Origin: Bacteroidales bacterium
GTDB lineage: Bacteria; Bacteroidota; Bacteroidia; Bacteroidales; VadinHA17
Reading direction: 5' to 3'
NCBI GenBank assembly: GCA_046329885.1
Contig: JAXLTU010000002.1
Location: forward strand, 144,520 to 208,519
DNA length: 64,000 nt
Below, in pieces: positions 34,883 through 45,111 of the stretch (position 1 is its first letter; every line of letters begins with the position of its first letter). A program made the translations under genes and the position numbers. Below the pieces are notes generated by a model that saw only the letters and a list, made by a program, of their open reading frames with translations, did no database searches and was not told where the DNA came from.

Positions 34883-35836
34883 CTACTTGAGTTCAGGTGT
34901 CAGGTAGTCAGTACCAATTGTCATAATCTCCCCGCCGTTTCTCATTTCAAAATGCACAGTGCCAATATGCATTATCCGTGGATGGACAGAGGTTGAATTG
35001 AAGTGTGAATGAAACACGATTCTAAGTTTTCCATCCTTGTCTATGAACAGGGCACTATGTCCAACTCCTGGCAGACCACCAGGTTTCTGAAGTATTGGGT
35101 TGTTCTGGTATTTGACCCATGGGCCATAAATTGACTTTGAAGTGGCATATCCTACTCCATAAAAAGGACTTTCGTAACTGTTTGCAGAATAAGTCATGTA
35201 ATATATACCACCGTGTTTTATAATGAAACTACCCTCGTTAACCCTGGGCCATATCTCTTCCCATTTCTGAGAAACATTAATGCACTTATGCATGGTTTCC
35301 TTACGAATATGAAGAAGGTCATCCTCCATCTCTGCTATCCAAACATTATTACCGTCATTAAACCTGCAGAATTGCATATAAGCTTTGCCGTCTTCATCAA
35401 TAAAAAGAGAATTGTCAATGCACTTTTCTTCAGCTATTAATGGCTCTTGTACTGATTGTCTGAATGGACCTGCAGGGTTATCAGAAGTAGCGACACAAAC
35501 ATGCTCATCTGCTGAATAGAACATGTAGAATCTCCCTTTTACATAGTAGACTTCCGGTGCCCAGAATCGTCTTTCTGCCCATACATCATCTTTATGAAGA
35601 GCAAGCCCCCCATTCGAGTTTCCCGGAACTGTCCATGTAACGAGATCATCAGAAATATATACAACAATCCCGAGTGGCGATTTAGTACCGTATGCATAAT
35701 ACTTACCTCCCCATAGCATTATGAAGGGATCACCAATTGCCACATTCCCACTCCCACTGGGGATTGTAATTTGCTGAGAGTAAGAACTTAATACAGTTAA
35801 AATTAAAAAGAGCACGTGCACCACCCTGAGTTTCAT
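34883..35836 (-). CDS. Glycoside hydrolase family 43 protein
   Basis: Signal peptide, GDPFIMLWGGKYYAYGT (catalytic Asp region), FWAPEVYYVKGRFYMFYSA and NEGSFIIKHGGIYYMTYSA. Confidence 0.85.
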   Translation of the reverse strand: MKLRVVHVLFLILTVLSSYSQQITIPSGSGNVAIGDPFIMLWGGKYYAYGTKSPLGIVVYISDDLVTWTVPGNSNGGLALHKDDVWAERRFWAPEVYYVKGRFYMFYSADEHVCVATSDNPAGPFRQSVQEPLIAEEKCIDNSLFIDEDGKAYMQFCRFNDGNNVWIAEMEDDLLHIRKETMHKCINVSQKWEEIWPRVNEGSFIIKHGGIYYMTYSANSYESPFYGVGYATSKSIYGPWVKYQNNPILQKPGGLPGVGHSALFIDKDGKLRIVFHSHFNSTSVHPRIMHIGTVHFEMRNGGEIMTIGTDYLTPELK

Positions 35837-35979
35837 GAGTTCCCTTACTTAAAATAAAATTAATATTTAAATCATCATAGAATCTTTGTCACTCTAGAAA
35901 ATGTATAACAGGTGACAGATCTTAACTAAAATCCAGCCAGCCAGAAAAGCTTCAGTCTTCTTGCTTACCGAGTCCATAG

Positions 35980-36942
35980 TTACTTGCTACCAATCCCAGT
36001 ATTAGTCATAACTACAGGTTTAATAAACCCGTTCTCATCAAAAAGTAGTTTGTCGATGCAGACAACCCTGGCATTCCTGTCGGTTTCTCCAAGAGGACGT
36101 CGATGATATACAATGAAATAGTTATCCTCATCCCTTGCCTTCAGAACGGAATGATGCCCTGCACCTGTGGCGATTGTTGAATCCTGTCTTAAAATTTTGT
36201 CCTGCCTGACAAATGGGCCGAATGGTGAATCAGCAATTGCATATGCCACGCTGTAATCAGGGCCAGTCCAGCCACCTTCCGACCACATGAAGTAGTATTT
36301 CCCACCACGTGTGAACATGAATGGTCCTTCCACATAACCATCCGGGGTAATTTCCTTGTAAACTGTTCCATCATCGAGAGTATCTATTCCTGTAAAGTCA
36401 GGCTTCAGTTTGACAATGTTGCAATGGCGCCATCCACCGTAAATAAGATAGACGGTCCCATCTTTATCGCGGAAAGCAAACTGGTCAATTGGTTGTGCGC
36501 CGTTGTAAAATTTACCGATAAGTGGTTTACCCAGGTAGTCTTTGTATGGGCCCCCGGGTGAATCAGAAACAGCAACTCCTATGCCGCCTGTCTCGTTATC
36601 GTTCTGAATATCATTTCCCCCGAAGAAAAGGAACCAGCGCCCGTTTTGTTTAATAACTGATGGAGCCCACATGGCTCGTTTAAGCCATTTAACACTTGAA
36701 GTGTCAATTACCCTGTCATGCTTTTCCCAGACGAGCATATCCTTGGAAGAAAAAGCATCCAGGAATACCTGTTCATCATACGGGGCAGAATATGTAGGAA
36801 AGATCCAATAAGAGCTACTGTCTGTAATGGCCTCGGGGTCAGCGTACCATCCCTTGAAAAGAGGGTTTCCGGAATATTGTTTTTCATTACCGCACGCGGC
36901 AAGGAGAATAGAGGAAAGAATCAATATAACTGTAATCTTCAT
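35980..36942 (-). CDS. Glycoside hydrolase family 43 lipoprotein
   Basis: The ATG at 36942 gives MKITVILILSSILLAACG. Other motifs are WYADPEAI, MWAPSVIKQNGRWFLFFGG and VEGPFMFTRGGKYYFMWSEG. Confidence 0.85.
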   Translation of the reverse strand: MKITVILILSSILLAACGNEKQYSGNPLFKGWYADPEAITDSSSYWIFPTYSAPYDEQVFLDAFSSKDMLVWEKHDRVIDTSSVKWLKRAMWAPSVIKQNGRWFLFFGGNDIQNDNETGGIGVAVSDSPGGPYKDYLGKPLIGKFYNGAQPIDQFAFRDKDGTVYLIYGGWRHCNIVKLKPDFTGIDTLDDGTVYKEITPDGYVEGPFMFTRGGKYYFMWSEGGWTGPDYSVAYAIADSPFGPFVRQDKILRQDSTIATGAGHHSVLKARDEDNYFIVYHRRPLGETDRNARVVCIDKLLFDENGFIKPVVMTNTGIGSK

Positions 36943-37044
36943 TGAGTAAATTTTAATAACAATATAAGAAAAATGCCCATCCCATGGGCAGTGTAAAGAA
37001 TTACTTGTTCTCACGGTAAAAATTGTCTGTCCACAACGAGGAAA

Positions 37045-37854
37045 TCAGATGTAGATGTCTTTTCGCCTGTAAATACGCCACGATAACGTAACAAGAAGAA
37101 TTGTCACAAAGAGGAAATAAAGAAGGTTCCACGTTTTAAATCCTGAGCCCAGGCTGGTTAGATCTAAACCAGCATATCTGAAAGGGCTGATGTAACCCAG
37201 GGAGGAATAACCAGGGGCAATTTTCGAGATGGTATAAATAAAATAGAACACCAGAACCAGGCCTATGCAGAAACTGGTAACCGGTTTGGCTCTTCTTACA
37301 ATAACCGATATGAATAAGCCCAAAGATCCAAAAAGCAGATTTAACAAAAGAGTATTCACCGAGAGAACAATAAATGCACTGAAATCGTATGGACCCGTTC
37401 TCACTATCTCCATTACAACCCAGCCGGTAATTGAAGTGACAAGGTTCAGTGCAACTATCCAGATGAAGACCACTGTAAGTTTCGTTGAGAACACCTCCAA
37501 TCTTGTTATCGGGCGGGTAAGCAGGTATTCGGCTGTCTTGTTAAACTCTTCCTTCAGTAGTATGCCTGACGAAAGCACGATAGAAAAAACACTGCCAAGC
37601 AACATCATGAAGATCACGTTATTGGAAGCATAGAATCCAAGGACGGACAACAAGTCGTTTATGTTTGAAATACCCTTGAATTGGAGGGCTTCTTTAGGCA
37701 CTATACTCAGCATCCCTGTTATCTTCGACTGGTTGGCGAGGAAAGTCGGGTAGATCATCATTGTCAGCCAGATTAGAGCACATATCACGAGCGACCAGAT
37801 AGCAAGGGATGTAACATTCCTCTTCAATTCCATCCTGAAAAGATTCCTGTTCAT
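37045..37854 (-). CDS. ABC-2 type transporter permease
   Basis: Six predicted TM segments. It overlaps the upstream ATPase gene by 4 nt (ATGA). Confidence 0.7.
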   Translation of the reverse strand: MNRNLFRMELKRNVTSLAIWSLVICALIWLTMMIYPTFLANQSKITGMLSIVPKEALQFKGISNINDLLSVLGFYASNNVIFMMLLGSVFSIVLSSGILLKEEFNKTAEYLLTRPITRLEVFSTKLTVVFIWIVALNLVTSITGWVVMEIVRTGPYDFSAFIVLSVNTLLLNLLFGSLGLFISVIVRRAKPVTSFCIGLVLVFYFIYTISKIAPGYSSLGYISPFRYAGLDLTSLGSGFKTWNLLYFLFVTILLVTLSWRIYRRKDIYI

Positions 37855-38780
37855 ACCCGGTTCCCGTTATTATTATAGTAATGCATGAAGATTTCCTCCA
37901 GGGGAGGCTCCTCTATTGTCAGGTTCAACAATTTTGTCCCTTCGAGCAAGGTGAGCAGCTCGTTAACATCGCCGGAAAACATGAAATTAGCCGAGTTGTT
38001 AAACGAGAGATTGAAATCCCTCACGCCCTTCAATCCAGACAGTCTCTGACTTGCACCTCCTTCCATTTCAACTGTCACTCTTTTCAGCTGTTTGCGTCTG
38101 AGAGTTTCGATCTCCTCTACTTTAACTATCCGTCCATCCCTGATAATTGCAACCCTGCCGCAAAGCATCTGTATCTCGCTAAGAACATGCGAAGAGTAAA
38201 AAATCGTTAGTCCTTTCTTATTCTCCTCCCTGAGCAAATCGAAAAATCTTGCCTGAATGAGAGGATCGAGCCCGGTGGTAGGCTCATCAACAATTAGAAG
38301 CCTGGGAGAGTGAAGCAGGCTTTGTACTATTGCCACCTTCCTTTTATTGCCGGTCGAAAGATCTGCCAGCTTCCTTTTAAGATCGAGCTCGAATAGATCA
38401 CACATCATTAGTTTGCGCTCATTAGCAGAGACAGCGCCATAAAACCTCCCTGAATAGTCAAGAAATTCATTAACTGTCATCGAGCTGTAAGCACTTGCCT
38501 CGGACGGAACATAACCAAGGTGCTTTTTAATTTCCTTAGTCTGACTTATCATATCCATTCCTAGTATACTGGCGCTACCTGATGTCGGGAAAATCAGGTT
38601 CAGCAGCAGTCTTATCGTTGTAGATTTGCCGGCACCGTTGGGACCGATAAAACCGAAAATCTCACCCTCGGATATTGATAGTGAAACGGACTCTATCCCT
38701 CTTGCTTTGCCGTATCGCTTCGTAAGGTTCTTAATATCAATTACAGGCAGTGACATCCCGGGGCTCTTGATTAAGATCAT
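37851..38780 (-). CDS. ABC transporter ATP-binding protein
   Basis: Walker A GPNGAGKST, signature LSTGNKRKV, and Walker B LLIVDEPTTGLD. Confidence 0.9.
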   Translation of the reverse strand: MILIKSPGMSLPVIDIKNLTKRYGKARGIESVSLSISEGEIFGFIGPNGAGKSTTIRLLLNLIFPTSGSASILGMDMISQTKEIKKHLGYVPSEASAYSSMTVNEFLDYSGRFYGAVSANERKLMMCDLFELDLKRKLADLSTGNKRKVAIVQSLLHSPRLLIVDEPTTGLDPLIQARFFDLLREENKKGLTIFYSSHVLSEIQMLCGRVAIIRDGRIVKVEEIETLRRKQLKRVTVEMEGGASQRLSGLKGVRDFNLSFNNSANFMFSGDVNELLTLLEGTKLLNLTIEEPPLEEIFMHYYNNNGNRV

Positions 38781-39016
38781 AAAATTAATGAATTATCACA
38801 GCAGTTTATTAATTAAAGACTTCAATAATATTTAAAAGCTACAGGCATCTGCAACTAAAGGATCAATTAGCCATACCTCGATCAAAACTCTATCATTGTT
38901 ATAACCTTCGAAAAACCTTCCAATAAATTTTTAAGATTTTAAATTCCAGAGTGAACATGTCAGGGATTTGCCTTGTTTAAGGTATGACCCTAACCTTGTA
39001 ACAAACCTGATTTCCG

Positions 39017-42000
39017 ATGAAAGACATTCATGGAAGAATTATATCCCTGCTACATTTCCCGGTAATATTACTTCTTACTTCCTTACTTAACAGTTGTGTT
39101 GACGACTCTCATTTGCTAAACCAGATCTCCCCGTCCCATTCAGGTATAACTTTTGAAAACACGATAATAGAGAGTGATTCGGTTAACCAGCTTGATAATG
39201 GTAATGTCTATAATGGTGGCGGTACCGGAATAGGTGATTTCAATAATGACGGACTTCCTGACATCTTTTTCACGGGGAACATGGTCTCGTGCAGGTTGTA
39301 TATTAATCGTGGCAACTTCAGGTTTGATGATGTAACCGAGGCATCAGGTGTTTCCGGCAATGGCAAATGGTGCCGAGGTGTCGCTGTAACTGACATAAAT
39401 AATGACGGGCTTCAGGACATATATGTAAGCGCGACAATAAGCAGTGACCGCCTAAAAAGAAAGAACCTGCTTTACGTGAACATGGGATATGACAAAAAAG
39501 GCGTACCGCGGTTCGAGGAAAAGGCTGAAGAATATGGCCTGGCGGATGATTCACATACAACCCAGGCTGCATTTTTCGATTATGATAATGACGGTGACCT
39601 TGACGTCTACCTCGTTGTTAATGAAGTTAATGACAGGAATGCACAATACTTGTTTAAACCTGTTGCCATTCCGGGGACCGGGCCAGGAAGAGGTAAACTA
39701 TTGAGGAATGATTTTGACAGTGTCTTGTCTCACCCGGTTTTCACCGAGGTTACCCTCGAAGCAGGGATAGGACTCGAGGGATTCGGGAACCAGGCAACCA
39801 TTACTGACATAAACCTCGACGGCTGGAAGGATATTTATGTAAGCAATGATTACCTGTCTCCTGACCTTTTGTGGATTAATAACCACGATGGAACTTTTAC
39901 TGAAAGTCTTTCATCTTACTTCAGGCATACTTCAAACAGCGCCATGGGGAACGATGCTGCCGATATCAACAACGACGGCCTTATAGATTTCTTCACTCTT
40001 GATATGAATCCCGAGGATAACTACAGGAAAAAAATGATGCTCCTGCCTTCAAGCTACCAGTTTTACCAGAATTCCGACAGGTATGGTTATAATTACCAGT
40101 ACACCCGAAACACGCTACAGCTGAACCAGGGACCTGCCCCAAGAGAAACAAATAAAAATTTCGTATTCAGCGAGATAGCATACCACGCCGGGGTTGAAGC
40201 AACAGACTGGAGCTGGTGTACACTATTGGCAGATTTTGATAATGACGGGCTAAATGACATTTTCATTGCAAATGGTTTTCCCAGGGACATCACGGACAGG
40301 GATTTTGGCATGTATCGCGGCAAAGCATGGAAGTCAACACCCAAGGAAGAGATACTGAAACAGATCCCGATGGTGAGGATACATAATTATATTTACAGGA
40401 ATAACGGGGATCTGACATTCAAAAACATGTCAGAGAACTGGGGACTGGGATCACCCACCTTCTCCAATGGAGCTTCAACGGCAGATCTTGACCGCGATGG
40501 TGATCTTGACCTTGTCATAAACAATATAAACAGTAAAGCTTCTCTCTACAGGAACATGTCGAGGGAAAAAGCCGCTTCAAAAAATAACTTCCTGGAATTC
40601 GAACTGGAGAGCAGACAACCCGGGAGGAATGGTATTGGAGCATTTATTGAAATTTACCATGATAACGGCAAGATGCAGGTAAGGGAAATATCTCCTTTCA
40701 GGGGGTATCTTTCTACCTCGTCAACTACTGCACATTTCGGACTTGGCACCACAGGTAAAGTTGATTCAGCTACTATTACCTGGCAGGGCGGGGCCATAGA
40801 AAAACTGAAAAGTATTTCAGTCAACCAGATAATCAAGATAAAAGAGGAGAATGCAACGGCGAGAGGCCTTGCTGAAAAGGAGATTAAAAAGACCGAAACG
40901 ATTTTCAGTGATATTACAATCAATACTGGTGTTAATTATGTTCATGAAGAAACTGATTATGTCGACTTTAATATCCAGAAGCTTATTCCACACAAGTTCT
41001 CGGAATATGGGCCTGCGCTGGCAGCCGGAGATCTTGACATGGACGGGAACGACGACCTTGTAACAGGAGGCTCCGCTGATCATCCCGCCCAAATACTTTT
41101 CCAGCAAAAGGACGGGACTTTTAAAAGGAAAACAATCTCGGAGGGCAAGGCTATTAGCAGGAAGACCTGGGATGATATGGGAATACTCTTGTTTGACATC
41201 GAGGGAGATGGAGATAACGATCTGTATATTGCTTCAGGCGGGTACGAGAATGAAAATGGAAGCAAAGCATTTCTCGATCATCTGTACATTAACGATGGTA
41301 AGGGAAATTTCACTGACAGAAGCGATGTGATTCCTTTGAATGCAATCAGCAAAGGTTGTGTTCGTGCTGCCGACATAGACAATGACGGTGATCTTGATAT
41401 TTTCGTTTCAGGCAGGGTCAAACCCTGGAGCTACCCATTACCTGTTTCGAGTTTTATCTACAGGAATGATTCCCGCGACGGCGAGATTGTTCTGACAGAT
41501 GTTACATCGACCTCCGCGGCAGAACTGATCGACCTGGGGATGGTTTGTGATGCTTCATTTGCAGACTACGATAATGACGGATGGGTTGATTTGATTATAG
41601 CCGGGGAATGGATGCCACTTGTTTTCCTGCATAACGACAAGGGAATATTCAGGGATGCCACGGGAACAAGTGGCTGCAATTCAATAACGGGCTGGTGGAA
41701 CAGTATTGCTCCCGGTGACTTTGACAATGACGGTGACATTGATTTTGTTGCAGGAAACCTCGGGTTGAACTCATTTTACCGTGCTTCAACTGAACACCCT
41801 GTTACCGTTTTCGGGAAAGACTTTGACAACAACGGGAGTTTTGATGCTTTTCTCTCTCTCTGGTTACTTTCTGATCTCACTGATACAATTTTCGGTGAAC
41901 ACCCTGCTCATGGCCGCGATGATTTAATTAAACAAATGCTCCCGATGCGTGCTAGGTTTCCCACGTTTAAATCACTTGCCAGGGCAAGGATGAATGAACT

Positions 42001-42640
42001 ATTCACTCCCGAACAATTAAAAGGCGCCACTATACTTAAATCCAACGAGTTCAGGTCCGCCATCTTCAGAAATGATGGCAATGGCAAATTCAGTTTCCAG
42101 CCATTGCCAGTCAATGCCCAATTATCAGCCCTAAACGGGATGATCACTGATGATTTTGATGGTGATGGCAAAACCGACCTCCTGGTAAATACAAATGACT
42201 ATTCAACAGAGGTCCTTACCGGAAGGTATGATGCTCTAAGCGGACTTTTACTGAAAGGAGATGGAACCGGAAGCTTTTCACCACAGGCTATTTCAAGTAG
42301 TGGGGTGTATATCCCGGGTAACGGGAAAGCTCTTGTCAAATTCAGGGGAGCAGACGGGACTTACAGGATAGCTGCTTCAGAAAACAGAGGCCCATTGAGA
42401 ATCTTCAGGCTCAACAGGAAAACAGAACTTATCCCTTTCACCCAGAATGATAAGAAGGTCAGGTTGCAGTATGGTGAAACAAGTTCAACACGAGTGGATA
42501 TTTACAACGGGTACTCCTTCCTGTCACAATCATCCCGATTCATATTGGCGCCAGTTAATACCACGAGCGTGACTCTTACAGACAGAAATGGAAAAGAAAG
42601 ACAAATAATCCTGCAAACCTCTAAAACAGAAAATAGATGA
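39017..42640 (+). CDS. VCBS/FG-GAP repeat lipoprotein with ASPIC/UnbV domain (CRTAC1-family)
   Basis: Lipobox LLNSCV. Many D-x-N/D-x-D-G-x-x-D repeats (DFNNDGLPDIF, DINNDGLQDIY, DYDNDGDLDVY and others). UnbV-like segment GAFIEIYHDNGKMQVREISPFRGYLSTSSTTAHFGLG. Confidence 0.85.
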   Translation: MKDIHGRIISLLHFPVILLLTSLLNSCVDDSHLLNQISPSHSGITFENTIIESDSVNQLDNGNVYNGGGTGIGDFNNDGLPDIFFTGNMVSCRLYINRGNFRFDDVTEASGVSGNGKWCRGVAVTDINNDGLQDIYVSATISSDRLKRKNLLYVNMGYDKKGVPRFEEKAEEYGLADDSHTTQAAFFDYDNDGDLDVYLVVNEVNDRNAQYLFKPVAIPGTGPGRGKLLRNDFDSVLSHPVFTEVTLEAGIGLEGFGNQATITDINLDGWKDIYVSNDYLSPDLLWINNHDGTFTESLSSYFRHTSNSAMGNDAADINNDGLIDFFTLDMNPEDNYRKKMMLLPSSYQFYQNSDRYGYNYQYTRNTLQLNQGPAPRETNKNFVFSEIAYHAGVEATDWSWCTLLADFDNDGLNDIFIANGFPRDITDRDFGMYRGKAWKSTPKEEILKQIPMVRIHNYIYRNNGDLTFKNMSENWGLGSPTFSNGASTADLDRDGDLDLVINNINSKASLYRNMSREKAASKNNFLEFELESRQPGRNGIGAFIEIYHDNGKMQVREISPFRGYLSTSSTTAHFGLGTTGKVDSATITWQGGAIEKLKSISVNQIIKIKEENATARGLAEKEIKKTETIFSDITINTGVNYVHEETDYVDFNIQKLIPHKFSEYGPALAAGDLDMDGNDDLVTGGSADHPAQILFQQKDGTFKRKTISEGKAISRKTWDDMGILLFDIEGDGDNDLYIASGGYENENGSKAFLDHLYINDGKGNFTDRSDVIPLNAISKGCVRAADIDNDGDLDIFVSGRVKPWSYPLPVSSFIYRNDSRDGEIVLTDVTSTSAAELIDLGMVCDASFADYDNDGWVDLIIAGEWMPLVFLHNDKGIFRDATGTSGCNSITGWWNSIAPGDFDNDGDIDFVAGNLGLNSFYRASTEHPVTVFGKDFDNNGSFDAFLSLWLLSDLTDTIFGEHPAHGRDDLIKQMLPMRARFPTFKSLARARMNELFTPEQLKGATILKSNEFRSAIFRNDGNGKFSFQPLPVNAQLSALNGMITDDFDGDGKTDLLVNTNDYSTEVLTGRYDALSGLLLKGDGTGSFSPQAISSSGVYIPGNGKALVKFRGADGTYRIAASENRGPLRIFRLNRKTELIPFTQNDKKVRLQYGETSSTRVDIYNGYSFLSQSSRFILAPVNTTSVTLTDRNGKERQIILQTSKTENR

Positions 42641-43953
42641 ATTTTAAAACTTTTGCCCCGGCTGCACTTGCTACCATTCTCATGTTCGGATGCAGTGCTG
42701 AAAAGACTGAACTCCCTGCAGATCAGGACATACTACACAACAACCAGGACAAGCTCACCCAGGTAATCATTTACGATATTTTCACACCTCCGGTGGCCAG
42801 CAGGATCTATGCCTACACCTCATTGGCTTCATTCGAAGCGGTCAGGTTCATGAAACCAGGGGAACCATCAATAGCTGAAAATCTTAATAAATTCGGCAAG
42901 ATGCCTGTCCCGGAAAAAGGGAAGGAATATGATTTCACGTTGTCGGCAACGAGAGCTTTTTTCGAGGTGGCAAAGAAAGTCAGGATCTTCTCTGCAGACT
43001 CTCTGGCGGCTTACGAGGCTTATCTCAAGAAAGGGTTCATGGCAAGAATGAATCAGGACAAGTATGATCGCTCGATGGCATTTGGAGATTCGGTTGCAAA
43101 AGTTATTCTCAGGAGAGCTCTCGCAGACGGGTATTTCCAGTCGAGGGGCAAGGAAAAATACCTTGGAAGCAACGACCCGGGGAAATGGAGACCAACCCCT
43201 CCAGACTATCTCGACGGGGTGGAATGGTGCTGGAACACGATGCTCCCATTCGCGCTCGATTCAGCCTCGCAATTCGCACCGGCGCCACCGCCTGTTTATT
43301 CACCAAAAAACGGAACAACCTTCATGAATGGTCTCACTGAAGTTTTCAACATCAATAAGAATCTGACCGATGAACAAAAAACTATAGCGACATTCTGGGA
43401 CGATAATCCCTTTGTTATCGAGCACTCGGGTCACATGATGTTCGGCAATAAAAAGATCACCCCCGGTGGTCACTGGATGGGAATATGCGCTATTGCCTCG
43501 AAAAGTATGAATGCTGATCCCGTTACAACGGCCAAGGCTTATGCTATGACAGCTATAGCACTGCACGATGCCTTTATCGCTTGCTGGGACGAGAAATACA
43601 GGAGCAGCTACATACGTCCGGTCACCGCCATAAATGAGCTTATCGACAAGTACTGGCTGCCATTTCTCCAGACCCCTCCATTCCCGGAGTATACAAGCGG
43701 GCATAGCTCCATCTCTGCATCTGCCGCGACAGTTCTGACGAAACTCTACGGCGACAATTTTGCTTTCAGAGATACCTCCGATCTCAGATACATCGGCCTT
43801 GAAAGAAGCTTCAGCTCCTTTAACCAGGCAGCCGGGGAAGCTTCAATCAGTCGTGTATATGGCGGTATTCATTACAGATTCACAGCCGATACCAGCTCGG
43901 TCCAGGGTAAAAAAGTAGGTAAAAACCTGCTCAGGAAACTTGGGATGAACTGA
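42637..43953 (+). CDS. PAP2-superfamily / vanadium-dependent haloperoxidase-like lipoprotein
   Basis: Lipobox MFGCS. PAP2 motifs KYRSSYIRP, YTSGHSS and SRVYGGIHYRFTAD. It overlaps the upstream gene by 4 nt (ATGA). Confidence 0.75.
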   Translation: MNFKTFAPAALATILMFGCSAEKTELPADQDILHNNQDKLTQVIIYDIFTPPVASRIYAYTSLASFEAVRFMKPGEPSIAENLNKFGKMPVPEKGKEYDFTLSATRAFFEVAKKVRIFSADSLAAYEAYLKKGFMARMNQDKYDRSMAFGDSVAKVILRRALADGYFQSRGKEKYLGSNDPGKWRPTPPDYLDGVEWCWNTMLPFALDSASQFAPAPPPVYSPKNGTTFMNGLTEVFNINKNLTDEQKTIATFWDDNPFVIEHSGHMMFGNKKITPGGHWMGICAIASKSMNADPVTTAKAYAMTAIALHDAFIACWDEKYRSSYIRPVTAINELIDKYWLPFLQTPPFPEYTSGHSSISASAATVLTKLYGDNFAFRDTSDLRYIGLERSFSSFNQAAGEASISRVYGGIHYRFTADTSSVQGKKVGKNLLRKLGMN

Positions 43954-44030
43954 CACTGCCTGTTACCTGTTATATCTTATTATTTGCAAACAGGTTAGAA
44001 AGCGCTTTAAAACCAATACCGCATTCTTCC

Positions 44031-44079
<49 letters not shown>

Positions 44080-44141
44080 TTCCTGAACAATCCTCTTCCT
44101 GCTTTGTTAATTAATTAACAGCAGAATTCATTAACAAAGTC

Positions 44142-45098
44142 ATGAAACAGTTAACAGAGAAAAGAAAAGTAGTTGTCGTGGGAGCCGGATCGGTTGGTGC
44201 AACATATTGTTATGCTCTTGCACAGAGCGGTCTGGCAGACGAGATTGTAATAATAGATCGTAACATTGAACTTGCCGGTGGTCAGGTCTCGGATCTCGAA
44301 CATGGACAGCCATTTTTCCCAACCGTCAATATAAGACAGGGAGACATGGCAGATTATTCTGATGCCAACCTCATCGTTGTAACAGCCGGGGCCAACCAGA
44401 AACCTGGCGAGACCAGGCTTGATCTACTCAGGAAGAATGCAGCTATTGTCGGATCAATAGCGGAGGATGTTGCATCAAGCGGATCGAAAGGTGTAATGCT
44501 GATTGTCAGCAATCCGGTTGATGTTCTGACCCTGGTTGCCCTCAGGCGGTCGGGATGGGAAAGAGGCAGGGTAATAGGGTCAGGAACAGTACTCGACAGT
44601 GCCCGGTTCAGGCATTTCATTTCAAAGCATTGTGATGTTGATGTTCACAATGTCCATGCCTATATACTTGGCGAACATGGTGACAGTGAATTCGCCGCGT
44701 GGTCCATGACTCACATCGGGGGAATAGGCATTGATCAGTATTGTCCCGTATGCGGTGGTTGTGAAAACGGCAAAAACGAGCGACAGAAAATTGAGAAGCA
44801 GGTAAGGGAATCTGCCTATCATATTATCAATGCCAAGGGATCAACTCACTTTGCTGTCGGATTAGCTCTCGTGCGCATCACGGCTTCCGTACTGAGAAAC
44901 CAGAACTCTGTGCTTACGGTATCGGCCTGTCTTGAAGGGGAATATGGCATAAAAAACGTCTGCCTGAGTGTTCCCTGCGTAATATCCGGATCAGGAATTG
45001 TAAGAATCGTTGACAGTCCCCTCGAGCCTGGCGAAAGTCAATTACTACAACGCTCTGCCGAGATACTTCGTGAGGCAAGCAGGTCAATAGAAAGCTGA
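44142..45098 (+). CDS. ldh: L-lactate dehydrogenase
   Basis: VVVVGAGSVGATYCYAL (NAD binding), TAGANQKPGETRLDLL (a Gln at the substrate-specificity position, as in LDH rather than MDH), and GEHGDSEF. Confidence 0.9.
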   Translation: MKQLTEKRKVVVVGAGSVGATYCYALAQSGLADEIVIIDRNIELAGGQVSDLEHGQPFFPTVNIRQGDMADYSDANLIVVTAGANQKPGETRLDLLRKNAAIVGSIAEDVASSGSKGVMLIVSNPVDVLTLVALRRSGWERGRVIGSGTVLDSARFRHFISKHCDVDVHNVHAYILGEHGDSEFAAWSMTHIGGIGIDQYCPVCGGCENGKNERQKIEKQVRESAYHIINAKGSTHFAVGLALVRITASVLRNQNSVLTVSACLEGEYGIKNVCLSVPCVISGSGIVRIVDSPLEPGESQLLQRSAEILREASRSIES

Positions 45099-45111
45099 GA
45101 AAAGACCAACG

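Noticed and set aside
44730-44775. A CPVCGGC (CxxCxxC) cluster in a surface loop of the lactate dehydrogenase, considered as a possible novel metal site.
   Set aside because: From memory, some LDHs of anaerobes and thermophiles carry a similar Cys-rich loop at this position. I cannot verify that here, so I do not claim novelty.
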